Of a stretch of 64,000 bases of DNA, positions 54,452 to 63,096 are shown one piece after another (the first letter of the stretch is position 1; each line of letters begins with the position of its first letter). The DNA comes from Armatimonadota bacterium. Lineage in GTDB: Bacteria; Sysuimicrobiota; Sysuimicrobiia; Sysuimicrobiales; Sysuimicrobiaceae. A model generated the notes under the pieces. That model saw only the letters and a list, made by a program, of their open reading frames with translations. It was not told where the DNA came from and did not search any database. The DNA lies in contig JANXCW010000001.1 of the NCBI GenBank assembly GCA_025059775.1, positions 221,549-285,548 on the forward strand, given 5' to 3'. The translations under genes were made by a program, and so were the position numbers.

Positions 54452-55839
54452 GCGGACCGCATCCGACGCCGCACCCGTGCGGAGGGGATCCCCGCCAGTT
54501 CCCGGTACTTGGTCACCGTCCGCCGCGCCAGGCAATACCCTTCCGCCCGCAGCCGCGCCACCAGATCCTCGTCCGTGAGGGGCCGGTCCAGGGGCTCTGC
54601 GGCCACCAGTTCCCGGATCCGCTCCCGCACGGGGAGGCTTGCGTCGAAGAACACCTCGAAGGAGACCACGCGACCATCGGGCATCTGCACGAACTTGCCC
54701 GTAACCGCCCGGCTCACCGTGGATTCACAAACTCCCAGTTCCCGAGCCACCTGCGTGAGGGTGAGGGGGCGGAGGTACCGGGGGCCGTGGTCGAGGAATG
54801 CCCGCTGGTAGCGGGCGAGGAACTCCGCACACCGGTAGAGCATGGTGTTGCGCCGGCGCACCGCCTCGATAAAGAGCCGGCCCCGGCGCAGGTGAGCCCG
54901 CAGCCGATCCCGCTCTTCAGGCGTGAGGTTCGCGGCCAGGAGCGCCCGCCGCACGAGGGGGTTAATGCGGAGGGTGAGGGCACCGCTGGCCACGAGTTCC
55001 ACCCGGTAGCCCTCCTCCGTGCGGGTGATCACCACGTCCGGAACCGCCAGTTCCTCAGGCCGTACCTCGCGCCCCTCATGCTCCGCGTGGAAGGCCTCCG
55101 CGGGCGCGGGAACCGTGTGGGTCCGCAGGTAGCGAAGGATCTCGTGCACGGTCTCCGGCCGCACCCCCAATCGCGCGGCCACCGCCTCGTGCCGCCCCCG
55201 GGCCAGATCCTCCAGGTGGTGAGCCACCAGGGCCTCGGCCAGCCCGCGGAGCGGGTGGTCCGGAAGCCGCTCCAGTTGCAGCAGCAGGCACTCCCGCAGG
55301 TCCCGGGCCCCGACGCCCGCGGGCTCCAGGGCCTGCACGGCCCGCAGGGCCTGCTCCGCGAGCGCCTCGGGGATCCCGAGCTCCGCGGCCACGTACCGGA
55401 GCTCCCCGTCGAGGTAGCCCCGGGGATCCAGGTAGCCCAGCAGGTGCAGGGCCACCCGTTGGATCTTCGGGTCCCGCACGCTCACCCGCAGCTGTGCCTC
55501 CAGGTGGTCCAGGAGGTTCGTGGGCGCCCGGGCAAACTCCAGGGGGGATGGACGTTCCTCCCGGGCGCCCGGATCCCTCCGCTCCCACCCGAACCGGGCC
55601 GAGCCGCCCAGGAGGCTGTAGCCGCACCGGCCGCACGAGATGCCCTCCGCTTCCATGCCACACTGGGGGCAGATCCACGGCACCCGCTCCAGCACCGGGT
55701 TCTCCGAGAGCTCCTGCTCCACCCGACTCACCAGCTCCTGAAGGGAGAGGGGCAGGATGGCGTTCGCCGCGAGCACCACTTGCAGGGCTCGGGCCTCAGG
55801 CTGAACCACCGCTACGGGTGCGAGCTCCAGGCTGACCAT
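54448..55839 (-). CDS. rpoN: RNA polymerase sigma-54 factor RpoN
   Basis: ORF 54448..55839. Region I (Q/L-rich). Core-binding region. HTH and RpoN box ARRTVTKYRE near the C-terminus. Confidence 0.9.
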   Translation of the reverse strand: MVSLELAPVAVVQPEARALQVVLAANAILPLSLQELVSRVEQELSENPVLERVPWICPQCGMEAEGISCGRCGYSLLGGSARFGWERRDPGAREERPSPLEFARAPTNLLDHLEAQLRVSVRDPKIQRVALHLLGYLDPRGYLDGELRYVAAELGIPEALAEQALRAVQALEPAGVGARDLRECLLLQLERLPDHPLRGLAEALVAHHLEDLARGRHEAVAARLGVRPETVHEILRYLRTHTVPAPAEAFHAEHEGREVRPEELAVPDVVITRTEEGYRVELVASGALTLRINPLVRRALLAANLTPEERDRLRAHLRRGRLFIEAVRRRNTMLYRCAEFLARYQRAFLDHGPRYLRPLTLTQVARELGVCESTVSRAVTGKFVQMPDGRVVSFEVFFDASLPVRERIRELVAAEPLDRPLTDEDLVARLRAEGYCLARRTVTKYRELAGIPSARVRRRMRSA

Positions 55840-55850
55840 ACCTTCCTCCG

Positions 55851-56213
55851 CTACCGAAGGGCCCTCCGGATGGCCTCCACCAGGCGTGCCTGATCGAAGG
55901 GCTTTACTACGAAGTCCCGGGCACCCGCCTGGATGGCCTCCACCACCAGGGCCTGCTGTCCCATGGCGCTCACCATGACGATGCGGGCCGCGGGATCCCG
56001 GCGCAGGATCTCCCGCACCGCCCGCACTCCATCCATCTCCGGCATGGTGATGTCCATGGTGACCACGTCGGGTTTGGTCTCCTCGTACCGCTCGATGGCT
56101 TCCAAGCCGTTGCTGGCCTCCCCCACCACCTGGAAACCACTGTTGGTGAGGACCTCGCGGAGCATGGCCCGCATGAAGGCCGCGTCGTCCACTACCAGGA
56201 CCCTAGCCGACAT
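55851..56213 (-). CDS. cheY: chemotaxis response regulator CheY
   Basis: ORF 55851..56213, 120 aa. Canonical receiver (VLVVDDAAFMR, MDITMPEMDG, MVSAMGQ, FVVKPF). Confidence 0.9.
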   Translation of the reverse strand: MSARVLVVDDAAFMRAMLREVLTNSGFQVVGEASNGLEAIERYEETKPDVVTMDITMPEMDGVRAVREILRRDPAARIVMVSAMGQQALVVEAIQAGARDFVVKPFDQARLVEAIRRALR

Positions 56214-58131
56214 GCGCCAGTTCCTCCTCTCGTACCGCGAGGCGCACCAACCGCGCGGGGTCCAGGATGAGGGCCACCCGCCCGTCCCCTAGGATGGTGG
56301 CCCCCAGCACCCCGGGCACCTCGCCGAGGTAGTTCCCCAAGGGTTTCACCACGACCTCCCCCTCGCCCACCACCCCGTCCACCCACAGCCCCACCCGCCG
56401 CCGGCCGAAGCTCACCACCACGCACAGGAGCCGGTCTGGGTCCGGAGGTACGGGAAGATCCAGGATCTCGTGCACGGACACCAGGGGGAGCACCGAACCC
56501 CGCAGCACCGTGGTGCGGCACGCACCCACCCGGTGTACCCGGGAGGCCGGGATCTCCACGATCTCGTGCACCGACGAGATGGGGACCACATAGCGCTCCC
56601 CCCCGCAGGTCACCGTCACAGCCCGCACGATGGCCAGGGTGAGGGGAAGCCGCAGGAGGAATCGGGTGCCCCGGCTCCGCTCCGTCTCCACCTCCAGGCT
56701 TCCGCCCACCGCCTGCACGCCAGCCCGCACCGCATCCATGCCCACGCCCCGGCCGGAGACGTCCGTGACCACCGCGGCGGTGCTGAGCCCCGGGTGGAAG
56801 ATGAGTTCCACCGCCTCCCGCTCCGTCAGGCGCGCGGCGGCCTCTGGGCTGAGGATGCGCAGCTCCACGGCCCGGCGGCGCACCCGATCCGTGTCGATCC
56901 CCCGACCATCGTCCTCCACCACCACCACGATCCCGTCCTCCTGGTAGGCCGCCAGGCGCAGCCGGCCCGTCCGCGGCTTTCCGAGCCGCTCCCGCTCCTC
57001 CGGGGACTCGATGCCGTGGTCCACCGCGTTGCGCACGAGGTGCATGAGCGGGCCGCCGATCTGCTCCAGGATGGACCGGTCCAGCTCTACGTCCTGCCCC
57101 TCCAGCACCACCTCCACCTCCTTGCCGGACCGTCGTGCCAGGTCCCGCACGTACCGGGGGAAGCGGCTGAAGAGGTGCTCCATGGGCAGCATGCGGGTCT
57201 TGAGCACCTGGGCCTGCAGGTCCGTGGCCACGCGGCCCAGGTGAGCCGTGGCGTCCAGGATCTCCTCTAGGAGGCCGTGGGCCCTCTCGCCCGCGCGCAG
57301 TCGGTGGGCGATCTGCTGGAACCGGATGCGATCCACCACCAGTTCCCCCACCAGGTTCATGATCCGGTCCAACCGCTCCACATCCACCCGCACGGTGCGC
57401 AGGGCGGCCCGCCGGCTCACCTCCGGATCCTGCAGGAGCTTGCCCCGAGCCTGCGGGCCCAGATCCAGCCACCGTTCGTCCCGCGGGGCCTCCGAAGCGG
57501 GCAGGACCCGTACGGATTCCACGTCTGCGCCCGAGAGGAGCTCCAGGAGGACCTCTGGCTCCCGCACCCGGGCCCGGCAGCTCAGCTCCAGATCCAAGGC
57601 CCCCCCACGGATCTCCTCCTCGGAGGGCACCACCTGTTCGACCTCGCCTTCCCGGCGAAGTATCTGCAGCAGGGCGAGTGCCCGGGCTGCCCGCATGGGG
57701 CAGTCCTCCCGCAGCCGGATCCGCACCTCCACGGGGTGGAGCGTCTCCGCGGAGGCTCCCTCCTGCCAGGCCTCCAACTGCCGCACCAGCTCCCCCACCT
57801 CCGTGCGCTCCTCGCCTGTCTCCGCCACCTCCTGCCGCAGGGATCGGAGCGCATCCACGCACGCGAGCAGGAGGTCCGCCAAGCCCTCCGCGCTCCGGCG
57901 TCCCCCTCGCAGCGCGTCCAGCACCTCCTCCATGCGGTGCGTGAGTTCCGCCATGCGTCGGAACCCGAGCGCCGCCGCACTTCCCTTGAGGGTGTGGGCG
58001 CTGCGAAAGAGGCTCTGCACGAGCCCTGCATCCGCGCCCTCGCGCTCCAGCTGCAGCACCCCCTCCTCCAGGATCTGCAGGTGCTCCTCTGCCTCCGCGA
58101 GGAAGGTGGGGAGGAGCTTAGCGAGGTGCAC
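56203..58131 (-). CDS. cheA: chemotaxis histidine kinase CheA
   Basis: ORF 56203..58131. The HPt domain carries the SAHTLKGSAAALG motif. Dimerisation and HATPase_c domains (HLVRNAVDHGIE, DDGRGID, GRGVGMD) and a C-terminal CheW-like domain follow. Confidence 0.9.
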   Translation of the reverse strand: MHLAKLLPTFLAEAEEHLQILEEGVLQLEREGADAGLVQSLFRSAHTLKGSAAALGFRRMAELTHRMEEVLDALRGGRRSAEGLADLLLACVDALRSLRQEVAETGEERTEVGELVRQLEAWQEGASAETLHPVEVRIRLREDCPMRAARALALLQILRREGEVEQVVPSEEEIRGGALDLELSCRARVREPEVLLELLSGADVESVRVLPASEAPRDERWLDLGPQARGKLLQDPEVSRRAALRTVRVDVERLDRIMNLVGELVVDRIRFQQIAHRLRAGERAHGLLEEILDATAHLGRVATDLQAQVLKTRMLPMEHLFSRFPRYVRDLARRSGKEVEVVLEGQDVELDRSILEQIGGPLMHLVRNAVDHGIESPEERERLGKPRTGRLRLAAYQEDGIVVVVEDDGRGIDTDRVRRRAVELRILSPEAAARLTEREAVELIFHPGLSTAAVVTDVSGRGVGMDAVRAGVQAVGGSLEVETERSRGTRFLLRLPLTLAIVRAVTVTCGGERYVVPISSVHEIVEIPASRVHRVGACRTTVLRGSVLPLVSVHEILDLPVPPDPDRLLCVVVSFGRRRVGLWVDGVVGEGEVVVKPLGNYLGEVPGVLGATILGDGRVALILDPARLVRLAVREEELAHVG

Positions 58132-58630
58132 CGTCCCCCTCCGGGTGCGTAAGGGCGGGCTCGAGGTCCCGCAGGGCCTGCTGCTCAGCGATCTCCAGTA
58201 CCCGGTGCAGGTCCAGCAGGAGGATGAGCCCCTCCCCGTGCTTGGCGACGCCCCGAAGGAACGCCACCTGGCCTGTGGCCAGCAGCTCCTCCGGGGGCAC
58301 CACGCTGCGAGCGGGAATCCGCAACACCTCCAGCACCGCGTCCACCACCACGCCCACCCGGCTTCCGTTCATCTCCACCACCACGATGCGGGTCGCGCCG
58401 TCCCGCTCCCCCGCGGGGAGCCCGAACCGCCGCCGCAGGTCCAGCACGGGGATCACCTGCCCCCGGAGGTTGATGACCCCCTCTACGAACTCGGGTGCCC
58501 GGGGGATGCGGGTCACCTCCTGCATCCGGATGATCTCGTGCACGTGCTCGATGGCGAAGCCGTACCGCTCCCGGTCGAGCCGCACCACCACCAGGTGCTG
58601 CTCCAGCTCACCCGTGGCTTTCCGGTCCAC
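58118..58630 (-). CDS. cheW: chemotaxis coupling protein CheW
   Basis: ORF 58118..59137 trimmed to the GTG behind GGGAGGTGA. QHLVVVRLDRERYGFAIEHVHEIIRMQEVTRIPRAPEFVEGVINLRGQVIPVLDLRRRFGL. Confidence 0.85.
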   Translation of the reverse strand: MDRKATGELEQHLVVVRLDRERYGFAIEHVHEIIRMQEVTRIPRAPEFVEGVINLRGQVIPVLDLRRRFGLPAGERDGATRIVVVEMNGSRVGVVVDAVLEVLRIPARSVVPPEELLATGQVAFLRGVAKHGEGLILLLDLHRVLEIAEQQALRDLEPALTHPEGDGAPR

Positions 58631-58635
58631 CGCAC

Positions 58636-60063
58636 TCACCTCCCTGACTCCAGCTCCACGCGGACCTCGCCGCTTTGGAGGGCCTCCACGAAGACATCCA
58701 CCACCTCCGGATCGAACTGCCGTTCCCGCTGGGCCCGCAGCTCCTCCATCGCGGCCTCCACGGGAACCGGGGGGCGGTAGATGCGGCCCGCGGTCATCAC
58801 CTCGAAGGCGTCCACCACGGCCAGGATGCGGGCCCCCACCGGGATCTCCTTTCCCGCAAGCCCCATGGGGTATCCGCGGCCGTCCCACCGTTCGTGGTGG
58901 TGCAGGACCCAGCGCACCACGTCCTCCCCGAATCCCGCCGCGGAGAGGATCTCCGCGCCCATCACCGTGTGCCGCTTGACGACCTCGTACTCCTCCGGGG
59001 TGAGGGGTCCGGGCTTGAGCAGGATGGCGTCGCGGATGCCGATCTTGCCCACATCGTGCAGCATCCCCGCCACCCGCAACTCCTGCAGGCTGAGCTCCGA
59101 AAACCCCAACCGCCGGCCCACGGCCACCGCGTAGCACGCGAGCCGTTCACTGTGCCCCCGCAGGGTGGCCTCATGGAGCTCACAGGCATAGGCCAGGGCG
59201 TTCACGAGGCTCTGGTTCGCCTGCTGGACCCGGCGCACGAGATCCACCTGGAGGAGCGGAAGAGCCCCCAGCACACCCAGCAGGTTCAACAGCTCCCGGT
59301 GCACGGGGCCGAAGGGTTCGCGGGACCGGGTTCGGAAGACGGTGAGGGCTCCCAGGGTACGGCCCGCGGTGGCCAGCGTCGCGGTAAGCACCTCCCCCGA
59401 GTCCTCTGCGGGTAGGCGCGCATGGGTCAGGCGGTCGGGCAGGAGCGTCCACAGGTGTTCCGCCAGCGAGCCGCCCGCCTGCTGCACCGTGGCCACCACC
59501 AGGTCCTGGGCCTGCGGGTTCAGGGTCACCACCGCGGCCCGATCCGCGCCCAGGCTGTGCCGGGCGATCTCCACCAGCCGCCGCAGCACCTCCTCCGGGC
59601 TGCCGTCTGCGGGCACCAGCTCCCGCAACCGCTGGAGCGGCCGCAGCACCGCAAGCTGCAGCTCTTCCCGGAAGATCCGGTGAGCGCGCACCGCGGAGTG
59701 TACCTCCTCCGCGAGAGCCTCGCCCGTAACAGGCGGTGCCAGCAGGGCCCGCGCGCCCTGTCGCACCGCCTCTGGCATCCGCGCGGGCGGGGCCACGGCC
59801 ACCACGGGGAGGTGCGGGTACGTCCGGGCGAGCACGGCCACGGCCTCCAGGCCCTCCTCGCCCATGGCCGCCACGTCCACCGCGAGGGCGTCTGCCTCCC
59901 CGCTCAGAAGCGCGGCCCGCGCCGCGTCCAGGGTGGGGACCCAGCGGAAGGCCACCGCGTTTCCGCCCCCCTCCAGGGGATCCGGCCTCAGCACCACGCA
60001 CCGCAGCGGCTCCACGCGGCTGCCTCCTACCCGTGGGATTGCAACTCCCGTGCCGTGCACCAC
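58636..60063 (-). CDS. HD-GYP c-di-GMP phosphodiesterase with N-terminal degenerate receiver and GAF domains
   Basis: ORF 58636..60063. HD-GYP motifs MLHDVGKIGI and HHERWDGRGYP. The N-terminal REC-like domain keeps the Asp (ALAVDV) but lacks the conserved Thr and Lys (VVAVAPP, ALLAPPV). Confidence 0.8.
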   Translation of the reverse strand: MVHGTGVAIPRVGGSRVEPLRCVVLRPDPLEGGGNAVAFRWVPTLDAARAALLSGEADALAVDVAAMGEEGLEAVAVLARTYPHLPVVAVAPPARMPEAVRQGARALLAPPVTGEALAEEVHSAVRAHRIFREELQLAVLRPLQRLRELVPADGSPEEVLRRLVEIARHSLGADRAAVVTLNPQAQDLVVATVQQAGGSLAEHLWTLLPDRLTHARLPAEDSGEVLTATLATAGRTLGALTVFRTRSREPFGPVHRELLNLLGVLGALPLLQVDLVRRVQQANQSLVNALAYACELHEATLRGHSERLACYAVAVGRRLGFSELSLQELRVAGMLHDVGKIGIRDAILLKPGPLTPEEYEVVKRHTVMGAEILSAAGFGEDVVRWVLHHHERWDGRGYPMGLAGKEIPVGARILAVVDAFEVMTAGRIYRPPVPVEAAMEELRAQRERQFDPEVVDVFVEALQSGEVRVELESGR

Positions 60064-61242
60064 TCAGGAAGCCCCGTCCAGCCGGATGTCCGCGGCGCCG
60101 ATCCACTCGTCCTGGGTCAGGATGACGGCCCGGTGGATCACCGCCTCCAGTTCCCGCACGTTCCCGGGCCACGAGTACTCCAGGAGCTTGCGCAGGGCCG
60201 CTTCCCGCAGGCCCCGCACGGGCTTGCCCATCTGTTTCCGGTACTTCTGCACGAAGAACTCCGCGAGCAGGGGCACGTCCTCCACCCGCTCCCGGAGGGG
60301 CGGAAGCCGCAGGGTCACCACGTTGAGCCGGTAGTACAGGTCCTCCCGGAAGGTCCCCTCCTGCACCATCCGCACAAGGTCCCGGTTGGTGGCCGCCACC
60401 ACCCGGCAATCCACCTTGATGGGTCGGGTGCCGCCCACCCGTTCCACCACCCGTTCCTGCAGCACCCGCAGCAGCTTCACCTGCATCCGGGGTGACATCT
60501 CACCCACCTCGTCCAGGAAAATGGTGCCCCCATGGGCCTGCTCGAACTTCCCCGGTCGGGAGGTGAGCGCATGGGTGTAGGCACCTTTCTCGTGGCCGAA
60601 GATCTCCGTCTCCAGCAGGGTTTCGGGGATGGCGCCGCAGTGCATCACCACCAGCGGCCCGCTGGCTCTGCGGCTCTGCAGGTGGATGGACCGGGCCACC
60701 AGCTCCTTGCCTGTGCCGCTCTCACCCACCAGCAGCACCGTGGCGTCCGTGGGAGCCACGATGGAGGCCACCCGCAGGACCTCCAGCATGGCAGGGCTCG
60801 TCCCCACCACCCCGTCGAACCGGTACGCCCGAGCTAGATCCGCCTGCAGGCGGGCCCGTTCCTCCCGCAGCCGCCGCTCCTGGGCCAGCTCCAGTACCCG
60901 GACGAAGAGCCGCTCCTCCCACCCGGGCCCGGCAAGGAAGTCCAGGGCGCCGTTGCGCACCGCGACCACCGCCTCCTCCACGGTGCCTTCGGGACGCACC
61001 ACGAGCACCGGGCAACCCGGGAAGGCGGCCACCAGTTCCGGCACCGCCCTCGGATCCACGGTGACCACCACGTGGGCCGAGCCCGGATCCTTCCCCCGGC
61101 TCATCAGAACATCCGCCCCCTCCTGCTCCAACCGCACCCCCACGGCCTCCAACAGGCCCTGCCCGTCCACCAGGAGGACGGTGAGGCCCCGCAAGGGGCT
61201 CGCGAAGGATTCCGCGGTGCTCGTGATGGCGGCAGCCGGCAT
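60064..61242 (-). CDS. sigma-54-dependent AAA+ activator (bEBP) with degenerate receiver domain and no C-terminal HTH DNA-binding domain
   Basis: ORF 60064..61317. The start is uncertain: ATG at 61242 is preferred, and TTG 61317 or ATG 61296 are alternatives. Walker A GESGTGKELVARSIH. GAFTGA-equivalent EIFGHEKGAYTHA. R-finger/sensor II ...LPPLRERVEDVPLLAEFF...NVRELE. The protein stops about 25 aa after sensor II with no Fis-type HTH. The REC-like N-domain lacks the DD pair and the conserved Lys (VLLVDGQG..., FLAGP). Confidence 0.8.
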   Translation of the reverse strand: MPAAAITSTAESFASPLRGLTVLLVDGQGLLEAVGVRLEQEGADVLMSRGKDPGSAHVVVTVDPRAVPELVAAFPGCPVLVVRPEGTVEEAVVAVRNGALDFLAGPGWEERLFVRVLELAQERRLREERARLQADLARAYRFDGVVGTSPAMLEVLRVASIVAPTDATVLLVGESGTGKELVARSIHLQSRRASGPLVVMHCGAIPETLLETEIFGHEKGAYTHALTSRPGKFEQAHGGTIFLDEVGEMSPRMQVKLLRVLQERVVERVGGTRPIKVDCRVVAATNRDLVRMVQEGTFREDLYYRLNVVTLRLPPLRERVEDVPLLAEFFVQKYRKQMGKPVRGLREAALRKLLEYSWPGNVRELEAVIHRAVILTQDEWIGAADIRLDGAS

Positions 61243-61326
61243 CGCGCCCGATCCGTTCCGGTTGCGAGGATCCCAAGGGGACTCGCGTCCGAACATTATG
61301 CAAAAACCGTGCCGCAAGTCCGGACG

Positions 61327-63096
61327 CTACACGGTGAACCGGGCCACGAGCCGCTCCAGCTCCCCGGCCGCCTGCGCCAGGCGTTGAGCGCTTTGGGAGA
61401 CCTCCCGGGTGCTGCTGGCGATCTGCTCCGTGGCGGCACTCCCCTCCTCCGCGGAGGCGCTGTTCTGCTGCGCCAGTTGCAGCAGCTGCGCCACGATCCC
61501 CTCAATCTGCTGGGCGCTCGCCGCCAGCTGCTGGGTGGCCGCGGAGATCCCCTCCACCCGGGCGGTGACATCGTGGACGCTGGCGCGGATCCGCTGGAAG
61601 GCCTCCCCGGCCTCGTCCACGAGTTTCACCCCACTCGCCACCTCCCGCGCGCCCTGCTCCATGGTTCGCACAGCCCGCTCCGTCTCCCCCTGGATCTCCT
61701 CCAGGATCCCCGCGATCTGCTCTGCTGCCTGCGCGCTCTCCTGCGCCAACTTCCGCACCTCCTCCGCCACCACCGCAAACCCCCGCCCCTGCTCCCCAGC
61801 CCGCGCCGCCTCAATGGCCGCGTTCAGCGCCAAAAGATTCGTCTGCGACGCAATCTCCGTGATCAACTTCACGATCCGCCCGATGTTCCGCCCTCGCTCC
61901 CCCAGCGCCCCGATCACCCGACCCATCTCCTCCGCGGCCCGTCGGATCTCGCCCATGGCCTGCACGACCCGTTCCACCCGCAGGGCTCCCTCCACCGCGG
62001 CCTCCCGGGCCTGCTGGGCCAGGGAGGCCGTACGTCCCGTGTTCTGGGCCACCTCCTCCAAGCTCTGGCTGATCTGTCGCACGGTCTCCGTGGTCTCCGT
62101 CACGCTCCGGACCTGCTGCTCCGCCCCACCCGCCACCTGCTGTACCACCCGGCTGATCTCCTCCGCGCTCCGGCTCACCTGCTCGCTGCCTGCGGCCACC
62201 TGCTGAGCAGCGCTCGCCACCTCCCCCGCGGTGGCGGCGATCCGGTGGACGAGGGTGAGTAGCTGCTCCGCGGTCTGGTTGAAGCAGTGAGCCACCCGAC
62301 CGAGCTCGTCCTCCCCCCGCACGGGGATCCGCACCCGAAGGTCTCCGTCCGCCAGGGCCATGAGGGCGGAGCGAACCGCGGCCACCTGGCTCCCTATCCC
62401 CCGCGCGGAGAACACCGCCAGTCCCCCGCCCACCACGAACCCGAGCAGCAGCACAGTCCACAGGGCCCTGCGCATCCCCGCGGCGCGGGCCCCGGCGGCG
62501 CTCAATTGGGCCCGGGTGGCACTTTCAAAGGCATCCTGCACCTGGCCGATGTACTGTCGGGTCGGCTCCAAGGTGCTGAGCACCGTGGTCCGCGCCCGCT
62601 GGAGGGCGGTGTATGTAGGAAGCTCTCCCCGCTCGTACAGCTTCCACACCGCGGTGATCTCCTGCCGCCACCGGTGCACCCCGTCCGCAAATCCGTCCAG
62701 CAGCACGACGATCCCCTGTTCGGGTACGAGCTGCTTGGCCTGGGTTGCCCGCGCCACCGCGCGGTTCAGGTTCTCATCCACCGCCTGGGCCAGCTCCCGA
62801 TAGCTGGCCTGCCAGGTCGGCGTGGCCAGCAGGAGGTAGAAAGCCGAAAGGGCCCGGTACAGGTCCCGGTCCGCCTGGAGCACCAAGGCCAGGGCCGCGG
62901 CCCTCCGGTTCCCCAGGGTCTCCAGGTCCCGGTGCACCGTGCCCACGCTCCGCAGCCCTACTAGACCCACCGCAAGCCCCAGGAGCGTGGGAACAACCGC
63001 CAGGGCCAGCAGCTTCGTGCGCATGGACCAGTTGGAGACGCGCAGCCGGTGCTTCCATCCGTGCTCCATGCCCGCTCCCTCCTGCCCGTACCTCAC
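61327..63096 (-). CDS. methyl-accepting chemotaxis protein (TM - periplasmic 4-helix-bundle sensor - TM - HAMP - MCP signalling domain)
   Basis: ORF 61327..63096. Conserved signalling hairpin [51 protein letters not shown]. Confidence 0.85.
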   Translation of the reverse strand: MRYGQEGAGMEHGWKHRLRVSNWSMRTKLLALAVVPTLLGLAVGLVGLRSVGTVHRDLETLGNRRAAALALVLQADRDLYRALSAFYLLLATPTWQASYRELAQAVDENLNRAVARATQAKQLVPEQGIVVLLDGFADGVHRWRQEITAVWKLYERGELPTYTALQRARTTVLSTLEPTRQYIGQVQDAFESATRAQLSAAGARAAGMRRALWTVLLLGFVVGGGLAVFSARGIGSQVAAVRSALMALADGDLRVRIPVRGEDELGRVAHCFNQTAEQLLTLVHRIAATAGEVASAAQQVAAGSEQVSRSAEEISRVVQQVAGGAEQQVRSVTETTETVRQISQSLEEVAQNTGRTASLAQQAREAAVEGALRVERVVQAMGEIRRAAEEMGRVIGALGERGRNIGRIVKLITEIASQTNLLALNAAIEAARAGEQGRGFAVVAEEVRKLAQESAQAAEQIAGILEEIQGETERAVRTMEQGAREVASGVKLVDEAGEAFQRIRASVHDVTARVEGISAATQQLAASAQQIEGIVAQLLQLAQQNSASAEEGSAATEQIASSTREVSQSAQRLAQAAGELERLVARFTV